Below are positions 13,101-25,780 of a DNA stretch of 64,000 bases, in pieces (position 1 is the first letter of the stretch; every line of letters starts with the position of its first letter). The position numbers and the translations under genes were made by a program. Below the pieces are notes generated by a model, which was not told the DNA's origin, ran no database searches, and saw nothing but the letters and a program-made list of their open reading frames with translations. Where the stretch lies: contig OZ024743.1 in the NCBI GenBank assembly GCA_964016885.1, forward strand, positions 109,244,001-109,308,000. Direction: 5' to 3'. Source of the stretch: Eledone cirrhosa. Lineage: Eukaryota.

Positions 13101-14121
13101 GAAGACTGTCGTCATGTACCAAACTGCTCCGGATAAAGTTTTCGATGAACCCTCCATACACGTATATGATCAAAATCTGAAGGCTGCTGACACATTTGTG
13201 TAGTTGGGGAGTACTCTAAGTGTGACCTGCTCTCTGGATTCAGACATTGGTCTACGGCTTAGTAAGGAAAATGAGTGCAGGCGAGGAATCACAATGAGGA
13301 CGAAGGTGAGAGTGTATGCTGCATGTGTACTGTCAGCTTTGCAGTATGCATGTAAGACAGGGGTTACCTACAAACGGCATATCCACATACTGGAACGGTT
13401 TCACCAGCAGTGTCTCAGAAAGATGCTTGGTATCAAGTGGCAGATGCAAGTGAATGATGTGGAGGTCCTTGAGAGAAGTGAGTGTCGGATCATTGAGAGT
13501 ATCATCCACCAATGGCGTTTGCGATGGACCGGACACCTCTGCAGAATGGAGGAGGATCGAATCCCAAAACAACTCTTGTATGGCGAGCTTTGTGAGGGTA
13601 AGAGACAACCTCACAAACCAAAGCTCCGATTCAAGGATTGTGTAAAGGACTCATTGAAAAAAACTTGTTTGATGATGGCTGACTGGGAGATAGAAGCTCT
13701 TGAAAGAGACACTTGGCGTGGAATGGTGAATGATGAGGGTCTATAATTTTGAGGACAGATGCACAGAGCACGTGATGATCAAAAGGGATGTGCGTAAGCA
13801 ATGCCCTGGTGTATCTCTCGAAACGATCGGTGTCTCCATTGATTTGAAGTGCCCTGAGTGTGGAAAATTTGCTTTGGAAAATCTGGTCTCACGGGCCACA
13901 GTCGCAGCCATGGTCAAAGAGAACCAGTGAACTATGATCTCCACGGTGTTGTGAGGGTTTACGGGCAACCTGATACGGGACCACAAGCCAGGGAGATCGA
14001 TAGTTGTTGTCAGTGTGTGAAGGAATGCAAGTCTCTAGCAGGCTTGAAAATCCATATCATAGCGTCCCACATCTGAATCTGACAAGTGATTGCAATACTC
14101 TTGGCAGAAATTGCAGCCGTC
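10182..14121 (+). mobile_element. Near full-length decayed RTE-clade LINE (5' UTR, APE endonuclease, RT, C-terminal zinc fingers)
   Basis: *NVRTLLD, DIVALSETRL, VSVYAHT, ILGDFN, WHLIDFV, TDHRLV, NYRGIS, FVDLTKAFDTV, GVKQGD, LYADD, RLRWTGH, PKQLLYGEL; several stops and frameshifts; (TATG)n tail at 14122-14240. Confidence 0.96.
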
Positions 14122-14242
14122 ATGTATGTATGTGTGTATGTATGTATGTATGTATGTATGTATGTATGTATGTATGTATGTATGTATGTATGTATGTATG
14201 TATGTATGTATGTATGTATGTATGTATGTATGTATGTGTGTA

Positions 14243-14870
14243 TCTATGTCAGGTCACCAGTTTGTGCTACTGGTAACATGTATCCCAGTACAACCTGTCT
14301 CATGGTCATGTCGTTGGCGACTAAACTAGCAACCCCCCCAAGGTTTCTTGGTGAGGAGTGTGACTTTGGACATCCTGCAGGACTAAAAACAAAACCTGTC
14401 AAATGGCAAGGGAGCTCTTAAGATTCAATGGTCATCCAAAATCACCGGGAGAGATGAACCCTTAGCCTTTGTCAAGGCAGAATTCTAGGAGAAGGAACAC
14501 TCTGATATAACACCTGCAACCCTGATGGTATCCACTGATGTTGACTTGTTATTCTTTTTGGTAAATATCATCTTGTTTAAGAGAGTGGAGTGGCTTTGTG
14601 CAGTGCCTTTGCTCACTATAAAAGCTTTACGGCACAGGCATTGCTTTATATCTGGACATCTCTCTGCACTTTTCGTTACATGGTACCATGGGTCCAGCAC
14701 TATGTGTCAATAATTGTCACAAGTGTAGTGTTTGTACCAGAGTTCTCAAGTCGCTGGCTGGACTAAAATGTCACACTCGGTCAGCGCATCGGTAGGGGTT
14801 CTCCTACATGGATATAAAGTAGTGGCCGTACTCGAAAACGAGTTGGCAGCCACCATGTATGTATCTATGC
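14243..14870 (+). mobile_element. Non-autonomous bipartite RTE derivative (5' UTR joined to 3' end)
   Basis: 14250-14650 is homologous to 10190-10612. It ends ggccgtactcgaaaacgagttggcagccaccatgtatgtat, like the RTE 3' ends. Confidence 0.8.
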
Positions 14871-14934
14871 ATGTGCGTACGTATATATATATATAAACAC
14901 GTGAGATATATACAGGAAGCAGAAAACTAAGAAG

Positions 14935-15345
14935 TGAAAAGCACATTGATGATTCCCTTCCCGCACACCGCTTGTATTCTGGAGATCATTATAGTTACGA
15001 ATGCTTCCAAAACAGGATTATTCACCCACCGCGCATCAATAGCCTGTAGCCAGCTGGATTACCATCACAACTGGAGCCAGCAAGCTTCGATCGCGGAGTC
15101 GGCAAGCGCCCCAACGGAAATACCATCTTCACGTTTGAAGGTGGTAGATCACCTCATCTGGATGGTACTTGTGAGACATTCTACCCCTCCAGCTTAGTCA
15201 CTTCGGTCACAAATGCCGGTGATGCGACCCGCATTGCAGAAGAAATGAATTTAGAAAAGTACGAGGGTTTGTTCGGTCGCTTCCTCTTCGCACCTCAGGG
15301 CTACTCGGATCCCATACTCCCGATCTCCTCCGCAAGAGCAGTTGC
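14935..15345 (-). mobile_element. Decayed repeat related to 2740-2990, possibly an LTR-retrotransposon gag remnant
   Basis: FISSAMRVASPAFVTEVTKLEG*NVS resembles FLFSALRDAVPRIVAEAFKLKAENVS at 2750-2830. The gag assignment is a guess. Confidence 0.3.
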
Positions 15346-16074
15346 CTTTCCTTCCCTTTTTCATTTTTAAATATTTGTATTTTTTTTATAATTATCTTAT
15401 AGTTATTCATTTCTGTCGTTACTCATGGATTATTTCATCGCTATATTGTCTGAGTAACTATAATTCTTTCTGTATCTAAATGAAGATTCGAGACAAAAAC
15501 ACATTGTACGTTGGAAAGAAAACAAACATACAAAAACAACAACCAAGGCGGAATATCTACATACAAATATGTGCCACCCAAATTGTTAAATCGAATGCAA
15601 CACACAAATGTGGATATCTGACTGGAATAAAATTAAAGAAATTAAGATGTTAGTTCAAGCAATCGCCTATTAAAGGCAAGAGATATGACACAGGACTGAG
15701 CAGGTCAGTGGTCGAAATACAAACGAATGAGTCCTGATGAACTGGAGGTTGGTAGGTAGGGCAATATTGAGAATTAAGAGAGAGAGAAAATGAGAGAGAG
15801 AGAGAAAGAGAGAGGGAGAGAGCGAGAAAAAGAGGGAGATATATATATAGAGAGAGAGAAAGAGAGAATATACATTGATTTATATTGAGGAAGAAATAGA
15901 CATAGATAAATAAATATATAGAGAGATGTATAGACGGAGTGAATCGAGAATACGGTGTTCAAATGTACATACTTGCACACAAACACAAACACAAGCACAC
16001 ACATGCACACACAAAGACCCACAAAACCATACGCCCACCCATGTATATAAGAGGTTTGGCAGGATATTAACATG

Positions 16075-16885
16075 ATTTAGTGTCTGTGTGAGCTCTGAGT
16101 TGGGTAGGGATTAACTTGTTGCGTAATATCCGTTCTATATAAAACTGAGATCTCTGCAGCCATTGCATGTTTTTTACGTGCCTTGTTATGTGCTTTTTTA
16201 CGTATTTTAGGCCGCCCAATGATGGGCACATTGCAACAAAACTATCTGAAGTTTCTTGTCCAGTTGGGGTAAAACACGTCAAAGGTTCACTGGATATTGC
16301 AGCAAGTGTACGCAGAAGAGACGATGTCACGCTCAAGGGTTTTGAAGTGACACAAAAGGTTCAATGAGGGAGGCGAGTACCAGGATGACGATCCCAAGAC
16401 CTGAATGTATTCAACGAGCTATACTGAGGACAACGCTGAGCGCATGAGGCATATGGTGCCTTATGATCATCGGCTGACTGATCGACTGATCCCAATTGAA
16501 CTCGGCACGAACCGCGTCAACGATTATCACCGAAGATTTGGGCATGCTGAAGATCTCGGAGTAGATGGTGCCGAGAGCCACTGAACGATGTCCTCAAGTA
16601 GCGGCGCATACATGTGCGTCAGGACATCTTCGAGCGTTTTGAAACCGATCCAGTTGTTTTCATTTTCACCAAGCTCAAGAGAGGCATGAAGCGCACCCGT
16701 GTCCGGACGTGGAAACCAACAAGAGTGCCGCGATGACGGAGCGGCGGAGAATCCCGGGAATAACCCCGCAGGAGTACATTGTGGCGGAAAAGATGAGAAA
16801 ATGTGTTAGACATGAGGGGGATCATTTCGAAGGGTGAACTTGTTGTTTGTAGATTGGAATTAAAATATTTCATTTGTGACCCCAG
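16075..16885 (+). mobile_element. Internally deleted mariner transposon remnant
   Basis: The N-terminal HTH region (LQQVYAEETMSRSRVLK*HKRFNEG..DDP) and MVPR (WVPHEL-like) are joined to the C-terminus (FTKLKR...KCVRHEGDHFEG). The DDD core is missing and TIRs are not recognisable. Confidence 0.8.
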
Positions 16886-16957
16886 ATCTATCTCTTTTCC
16901 GACACATCTCCTATATATATATATATAGAGAGAGAGATCAGAGCTAACAACACGGAC

Positions 16958-17600
<643 letters not shown>

Positions 17601-17669
17601 AAATATATATATTTATATATATATAAATATATATTTATATATGTATATATGTATAAATATATATATAAA

Positions 17670-17750
<81 letters not shown>

Positions 17751-17791
17751 AAGAACACAAGAGCGTCTACAACATCAAAAGATTTGTATTG

Positions 17792-17836
17792 GCTTACAAT
17801 GTTTCTTCCTTACGTAACCGTAGGTTTCGTCAGAGC
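17792..17836 (-). ncRNA. Minimal type I hammerhead ribozyme at the 3' end of the Naiad-like PLE
   Basis: GCT-CTGACGA-aacctacggttacgtaaggaa-GAAA-CATTG-TA-AGC: complete core, 3-bp stem I, stem II hairpin, GUA site. Confidence 0.75.
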
Positions 17837-18089
17837 TATAAAAGGGGTTTGATTGGTGTTATGGACTCTACCAACCAAATATTCAAGAACAAAGAGGAAA
17901 GAGAGTAAAGAGCAAAAGTAGGGGACGATAAGTCTAATTTTGGTGCGGGAGGGTGGGGTGTGGGTCCTTGTTTACTAGCTGCGGTCATATTCATTCCCGG
18001 GAGTCGGGTGGTTAGCTGAACCATAGATGGGGTGGCGTCGATAGTATGGTGCAGAGGGTGCGCAGAGGCTACACAAACACAAAGGGCAT

Positions 18090-18142
<53 letters not shown>

Positions 18143-19937
18143 CGGAGGAGAAAGTACATGAGGTAATTAGAAATGGAAAAAGAGTAATAATAATAATCTA
18201 TAATTAATAGTGTATAATAAGGCATGGGGAAGATTACACTATAATAAGGTATAAAAGTAAGAATAAGGTAAAATATAAAGGAGGATAAAAGTGGAAATAA
18301 TAAAGATAAAAAAATATATAGAGAATATATAAAGAAATATAAGCGAATATTTGAAGGGGAAAACACAATGTTAATAAAACGATTTTTTCAAATAATAATA
18401 AAAATATAATAATTATGGGAGGAGAAAACGGGATAGAGAAATATGATCAAGTGTGATTAGTTGAGAGAATATAAGATGATAATAGTTATGTCAAGTTTAT
18501 ACATCTTAATAATAAATAATCTGTGTATCAGAGTTGCAGAACCTTCAATTCACTTACGGGTTCAAGCCACGTGGCGTGGTCCATTGTTTATCTGTGCGGT
18601 CATGCGCGTTTGTTTTTGACACCACAGCAGATGCACAAGTTCGTAAATTCCAATGCAGATAGAAATCTATTTTTGCTCACCCGGACATTGACGGAGGATC
18701 CAATATTCCTAGTTCAATATGTGTGTGGTGTTATTTTGGTTGCACAAATCAATCACTTGGTTCAATATTATGGAGTATGATTTTCTGGTCTTCGTAACAG
18801 TGTCAGTGGTTGTATATCTGGAAATCAAAAGGATCACAGTACTCCGGTTTGGTGTGATTATCGGTCATCCAGCTATGTTGTTGGTGGTTGGATTCAATTC
18901 TATTCGCCCGAACGTTGAACTTTGGTGTCGATAGGACATTAACGAGGCAGGGTGAGATCGCATCTGTGGTACAAAACGGTACGCAAGGAAATTCTTCGTC
19001 TTCGTTTCATCCGGGTCCAGCAGTCACGTGCAAGAACCGCTACGTAGTAATTGTGGGGTTAATCGGTCAAGTCAGCAACTGACCGAAAATTCAGACAGGC
19101 ATGACATGCACATTTAGGTCGGCAGCTTCTTTATGTGTACGTGTGTCCGACACACACAGACACATATGTATATGTGTTTCAACTCAAAAAACTCAATTGA
19201 TTCCCCTATTGATATTATATCTGTGTCGCTCGGATGTGCATGCTGTGGTGTTCTGGTCGTGCATAGTATTCACTGTGTTTTGCCATTACCTTGGAATGTG
19301 ATGTTATGGTCATCAATACTCCGGCAAGCGCATTTCGCTCTTATATTGCGGAGAATGGTGCTCTGGTCCTCAGTAAACATTTGGGTCAGCAGGAGGGGTG
19401 GTGGTTCTCAGTTTCAACTTCGACAATACATATGTGTTACTCTGCATATCATGCTCCCCTCAGAGAAGAGTATTATAGGAGGAATTCGTACCACACACCA
19501 CGTATAGAGAGAATTTCTACAGAAAAGTATACATACATATACACATACATACACGCATCATACACTTACACATACACATACACACTCATACGCATACATA
19601 CATATATTCACATACATGTCACATATACACATACACACAATATAATACGCGTGCATACAATATACATATATATATATACATACAATATACATGCCTACAA
19701 TGCACGTACACATGCGTGCCTGCATGCACACACGCACGCACACCCACACATATGTCTGCGTGTGTGTGCGTGTGAGAGAGAAAAGGAGAATACACACACA
19801 CACACACACACACGCAAAAACACCAACCTTGTAGGGGACTGTACCAACCTTAGGGTACCTATCTATCTGGGTTACGGGTTGGGGGCAAAGGGGGGGAAGC
19901 TATAGTCTAGGTGGGGGTTGCGTAATATATGTTACGT

Positions 19938-22120
19938 CTATGTGCTAGGTTTAAAATAGAAGAAGGAACTAAGGGTTTTGTGTTGGCAAGAGGAGAACAT
20001 TTCCGATTTCCTGTTAAGCAGGTTCAGTTTAGAGTGTATTATGGCATGGCATTCCAGTAAACACAGGTCACAACTTCCGCTCTGCGGTCGGTATGGCGTG
20101 GATCTAGTACGCTTCCTCCAAAAAAGTTTGTATGGGGTACTATTATTTTTTAAAAAGATGTATACCGCCAGTGAGGTGGCATTTTTATGTCTATCGTGTG
20201 TAAATATATCCATATGCACGTTAAATCTAGTTTTAAATGTATTGGACGTTGCTCCTATATATGTTTTGATAGAGTTGTGTGTGGTTACGTCACATGCATA
20301 CTATGTTTTTCATGAGGCAATCCCCTCTTAGGGGACAGTTACTACTCCGCCTACAATTGCAATTGCGGGTTCGATTAGTTAACTTACCTCCCGAAGTTAC
20401 TAGCATTATCACTAGGTGCCTCTATATCATTAGATGGCTCATTGATGCTATTATCTTGCCCATTTTCCAGTGTAGTCGGTTGCTGGTGGTTGACTGCCAT
20501 TTTAATTGCTTCGAAGCCTTCCCTAGTTTTCCTAATGTTCGTGCGTGCTAGGTGTGATGCGAGGTTAGGTGTGGTCGAATAGGATAATTTAATTACGTTT
20601 TTGTTAATTATGTTGCGATATCTATTGCCTGGTGGGAAGTTTTTTTCCAATAATAATAAGAATACTCTGGGCAGGTTAGTGAGGACCTCAGAGTTAAAAG
20701 GTGGGTTAAAATACATGTTTTTCCTTCTTCTATTTTTCTTATCTGTGGGGTGAGTCTCGCTACTGTGCGTACTATTTTGTAGGGTTCCGTTATTAACGTT
20801 AGTGGCGTTTTCTGTTTTGCTTAAGCCCGGATGGTTTATATTCATGGCGTGATCATTTACTGTTTTAGAGTTGTGGTGAGGGACTCTAGTATTGTCTTTA
20901 CGTGGTTTACATTTAGCTGGGTTACCGCCATTAGGGTTCTTACTATTATTCTTGCCTCTAAGTTGATTAGGCTTTGTGGCCACACTATGTGTGATTATGT
21001 TGGTAGGTTTCACACTCATGGTTTGAGAGTTCTTATGTATATATGATAATCTACTCCCGTAACCAGATTCTGCTAGGGCTTTGTCATAATACTCTGCATT
21101 GGAGTTGAAGATACTCTCATTACAGGACAGTCTGCTAATTCTATTAGAGACCCCCTTGGGAATAGCATTTAGGACTGATTTGGGGTGGTTAGAGCTGGCG
21201 TTTACATATGTTAGTCTATCATTAGGTTTATGGTAGGGTGCAAATGTTTTACTTTCTAGGTCAAGGGTGGCGTCTAGGAAGTTTACTGTTTTATCATTTG
21301 CATCTATGGTAATACTTAGATTAAAGTTTTTAAAGAACCTACGTAATTGTTTCCTGGTTCTTTCTATATTGCACTTTTTATACTCGAGAGTGAGGAGGGC
21401 GTCATCACGGTATAATCCACCCTTCAAGTGTGGTAATGTCTCATATAACTCCTTTAAGAGGTACAATCCTACCAGGTCCGTTACTTGTGCAGAGTCACTA
21501 GATCCCATTGTGATGTCGAAGTTACTGGACGTATTATTGCGGGTCCACAATTCATCCTCAAATGTGATTATCGTTTTCCGGGCCGCAAGAATGACATCAA
21601 TTTGAGACCTAGTGAGGTCACTTTTCTGCATGGCCATGATTAGGGCCTTATTAAGGAGTATGGGGGAGATTGAGGTGTAGTACGCATCGATGTCGAATTG
21701 TATAAATTTAAGGCGTTTATGGTTGCTAAGGCTTGAGAACCATTTCAAAACCTCTTCCATATTCTCCCATAGCTCTAGATATATTTTACTCCTGATGGTG
21801 GGTATAACGCCGTCTAAAATTTTCTTACTGCTAATTCCTATATCTGACTTCGATGGGCTAATTAATCTAACAGAGGGTTTACTAATGAAGTCAGCCTTAT
21901 GGTCTTTAAGGGTGAACCTGGGTTGCTTAGGGGTATATGGTTGGGTATACTTTTCCAGACCTAGTTTATTCACTATGGCACATGCTTCCTTATTAATTTC
22001 ATCTAAGTTTGCGCTTGTTGTCTTTTTATAGTTTCTATTTAATTCATTGTATATAAACCTACGATACGTATCATAATTTAAGCTATACATATTTCTGGTT
22101 TTATCCGATGTGACCAGGAT
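19938..22120 (-). pseudogene. PLE ORF: reverse transcriptase + GIY-YIG endonuclease (RT open, EN frameshifted)
   Basis: ORFs 20384-22210 and 19938-20219, plus an intervening Cys motif in another frame. The first ~30 aa of the long ORF are antisense to the neighbouring LINE. Confidence 0.92.
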
Positions 22121-23305
22121 GATTCTCAACAGGATCCAGCCCGAGATGGTGAAGAAGCTCAGGGACAACCAGAACGGCTTCAGAGAGGTGAGATAAACCA
22201 CAAGTCCCATCCTGATGTTGAGGAGGATATTTTGGGCTAGAGCAAAGAGCCCTTCCTGCTGTTTTCATTGACTTTAGGAAGGACTTTGTTTCTGTGTCGG
22301 ATGGAGATCTAACCGGCTTATGGCTCCCCAAGATGATAGTGGAGCTGATATCACTACTCTACATCAACACCAAAGCCCAAGTCATTACACCTGATGGGAT
22401 GACGGAGTTGTTTGAGATACTGGCTGGAGTGCTCCAGGGAGATACTTTGGCTCCCTACCTTTTTTATCATCGCTGTGGACTATTTTCTGCGGTTGCGCTT
22501 GAGAAACACCCGGACTCTGGCTTTACTGTAGCACTGGCTCTGAACAAGAGAGTTAAGGCGAACAAATATGAGATCCTAAATTTGCTGACGACATATTTCT
22601 GGTGTCAAACACAGTGAAGAAGGCGGTGGAGTTGATGGGGTAGGGGGAGACTGTGTCGATAAGTGTGGGGCTGAGAAGGAATGAGATTAATTCTAAGTAT
22701 CTATTAGTGAATATAAATAAGCCAGCGAAGATTATGAATGTAGGCAGGAAGCTGCTAGAATTGGTTGAGGACTTCCCGTATATGGGAGCAAAGATTGGGA
22801 ACACGAAGGATGATGTCACAGAGAGGAAGAGCAAAGCCTGGGCGGCGTGGCACAGTTTGAGTTCCGTGTGGACGTCGGACCTTCGTAAAGAGCTGAAGAT
22901 CCGTCTCTTTGTTGCTCCAGTAGAGTATGTGCTGCTGTACGCATCTGAGAATTGGACACTGACGAAGAAACTCACTCAGATCGTGGATGGGTGCTACACG
23001 AGAATGCTAAGGATGGCTCTGAACATTAATCAGTATTCACTGAGGATGAAGAATGCAGAGCTGTACGGGAGCCTCCCAAAGGTCAGCTGGAAAGTAACAC
23101 AGAGGAGACTGGGGTTAGCTGGACATGTTCACCGACATTCCGAGTTGACACTGTACTCAGTGCTCTTGTTGAAGCTTTTGCACAGACACACTAGACGAGC
23201 GAGACCGAGGTTGACATATGTTGATGCCCTAAGGACAGAAACAAGTCTCTTGGAGACGCATGGCATCGCAGCGATGATGAGGGACAGAAGAGAGAATTTC
23301 AATCG
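22116..23305 (+). mobile_element. 5'-truncated RTEX-like LINE RT fragment
   Basis: MILNRIQP..LRDNQNGFR, GVLQGDTLAPYLF, LKIRLF..VE.VLLYASENWTL, DGCYTRMLRMALNI, RRLGLAGH; frameshifted. Confidence 0.85.
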
Positions 23306-23332
23306 CCCTATATATATATATATATATATATA

Positions 23333-23519
<187 letters not shown>

Positions 23520-25179
23520 CGCGTGTGCGTGCGTGTGTGTACGGGTGTGTGCGTGTGTGTATCGTATTTATTTGTTCAAATATGTATAGACTATATGGTT
23601 AATACTATTGTACCAGCGTGACCAATTCATTTCATTATCACCAAACTGACCATCAGGTACCTCTTCTAATACCTAACTTCTTGGAAGTAGGTACTAAATT
23701 GAACGTGTTTGGTTGAAATCGTGGCTCATTTTCATTTCGAATAACAGGTTATATTCCTTCTGTGGGAAAGTTAATTTACTTAAGCGTTTTCTTTGTTTAA
23801 GAGTAGTAGCATTAATGTTAAGGAGTAGAACAATATGGTTCTGGGTTAGCTTGGTTTTTAAAGTTTCTAGAGGCTGTATGTGTTATTTAACATAACCTCC
23901 AGTAGATCCCTGTCTTATGAATGAAATTTACGATACGGAAATGTCATGTCTTGGCACTGACTGTGTAACGCTGAATATCCTTGAGAATTACTTTAAGTGT
24001 ACGAATGACCTTGGAAAGCTGAGTCAAATACTCATTAACTCCATGATCAGGCCGTGCTATTCATTGAAGAAGTGGAATATTCATCCTCGAAACTCTCGGA
24101 GTTCCACTCCCACTGACTCTTTAGATGAAAAATAAATGTGGTTTAAGCGAATAACTGTCAATCAGTTTTCTGGATCTTCAGACTGATCGTGCGAGGTTTA
24201 GGCATCTTATTTGGTAAAGATTTTGTGTTATTTCACATCAGCTAATATCCATTCCATTATACAAATAAATTCTGTTGATTTGGCACTTTTTGTTGCTGCT
24301 TGACTTGTTGAATACAAGACGCAACAACCTATTTGTTTAACAAGTGTATGCCTGTGATTGTATTTTGTTTGGTAGTTTATTTATGACTAGTAGTTGTATT
24401 TGAATATGTGATGTAAATTTTCTACCTCATATGTTGGCATATTTCTCCTCCCAATATCTATGTAAAATTTTTGTTTTGGATATATATTTTTTCTAAGGAA
24501 GTTTGCTTCGAGTTAATGATAGGGTGCATATGTTAATTTTGTTTGTTTCTCTGATTTGTCATATAGTGCGTCCGTTATTAATTGTGTTACCAATGCCAAT
24601 AGTTTTTTTTATAGTAATATAATATTTACATGTATGGTGGCGTATCTAAGAAACAATATTTAACAATGCTCAGCATAACAATGTTGTATTTGTAATTTAC
24701 CTCTTTATATATTTGGTATGGAATTTTCTATTGTTGTTTGATATGATGGCCAGCTATATTCAAGGTTAGCTAGTGTGTATTATGTTGCATATAAGGTTGT
24801 AATTATGATTTTTCTTTCTTGTTTCCGGAAAATATTTTTCATAAACCTATTTGCATGCATTACCATGTTTCTGTTATTCATTGACATGCTTTTGAATTAC
24901 GCTAACTATAATAATATTTCTGTATAGCACTGTAACCACCAAAACATTAAAACGATGTGGGTATTAGTTTTCTTTCTAAATGTTTGCGTCATGTGTGAAA
25001 GTGCTATAAAGCAGAATGGGGAAGATATGAAAAATTGCTTCCTAGCTAAATATAGCAGCTACCTTCGTTAGATTAGAATGACATCTAGGTACCTGTTATG
25101 AATATTTTATTGTGAAAGTCGAGATAATTTCTAATCGTTTAGTGCCTGCTGTATGCGTCTTTTTTACTTATCTCAAGAT

Positions 25180-25780
25180 GAAGCCAGTGGTCTTGCACAC
25201 GATAGGTAGCGCAGAATCAAAGCCCACCTATGACATGGTTATCTATCATTATACCTAGATCGATAAATAGAGTACTAATAAAATACTGGGTCGATATAAT
25301 CGACTTTACCCTCCCGAACATCCTTGACCTTGTCTTTATAATTAGAAACCATTAAATGTGGTTGATTGGGAGAATGGTTATGGCGTCGGACGCAGTGTTT
25401 TGTGGTATCCGGCTGTTTTCGTTCTCGTTTCAAATTGCATTGAGATCAACTTTACATGTCATGCTTCAAAGATGGGAAAACATTAACGCACCAGTCGATT
25501 ACACGGATCAATTTAACCACCGTTCCTATCCTACCAAAATCGCGGACATGTGTTTTTATTAGAAACCATTATACATCACAGGCTGAGGGTATTGGATCGG
25601 CACGACTGTTAGATTTTTGCAGCATTTCACTAGTGATTTTTAGGTTCAGAGGTCAAATTTCAACTATGTCTTTCCACCTGTTAAGGTCTATAAAATTAGG
25701 TATCAAACAAATAACAGGATCGATTTTCTGAAAGTTTTTTCTCCGCAAAATGACTAACCTTGATTTTAAAGTAGTAATCT
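25180..25780 (+). mobile_element. Three tandem degenerate tRNA-derived SINE remnants
   Basis: Repeated gtcgataaa.., ttcaaatt, tcaacttt and ttagaaaccatt motifs. Confidence 0.6.

Larger units (their letters stand above)
17747..22120 (-). mobile_element. 5'-truncated Penelope-like element, Naiad-type, with ~2.2 kb 3' UTR
   Basis: RT motifs DKTRN, TLKDHK, FIQFDI..YYTSI, ITMGSSDSAQ, GLYRDD, VNFLD; FNPP linker; CNCRRSSNCPLRGDC; NIV..YIGATSNTFKTRF GIY-YIG; CDLCLLE...LNRKSE; HHR then (TA)n. That the UTR belongs to the same element is inferred. Confidence 0.88.

Noticed and set aside
20280-20400. Selenocysteine (in-frame TGA) use in the Naiad-like PLE, as described for some Naiads
   Set aside because: The conserved Cys positions are TGC/TGT. 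The TGA after KNIVCM is explained by a frameshift.
22120-22210. Hydrophobic N-terminus of the 608-aa ORF, which looks like a membrane anchor on the RT
   Set aside because: It is the antisense of the adjacent RTEX-like LINE read through the junction.
23700-24200. Possible very old RTE RT remnant on the minus strand
   Set aside because: Only faint motif echoes (e.g. TISTK for GDTISPK); not supportable without a search.
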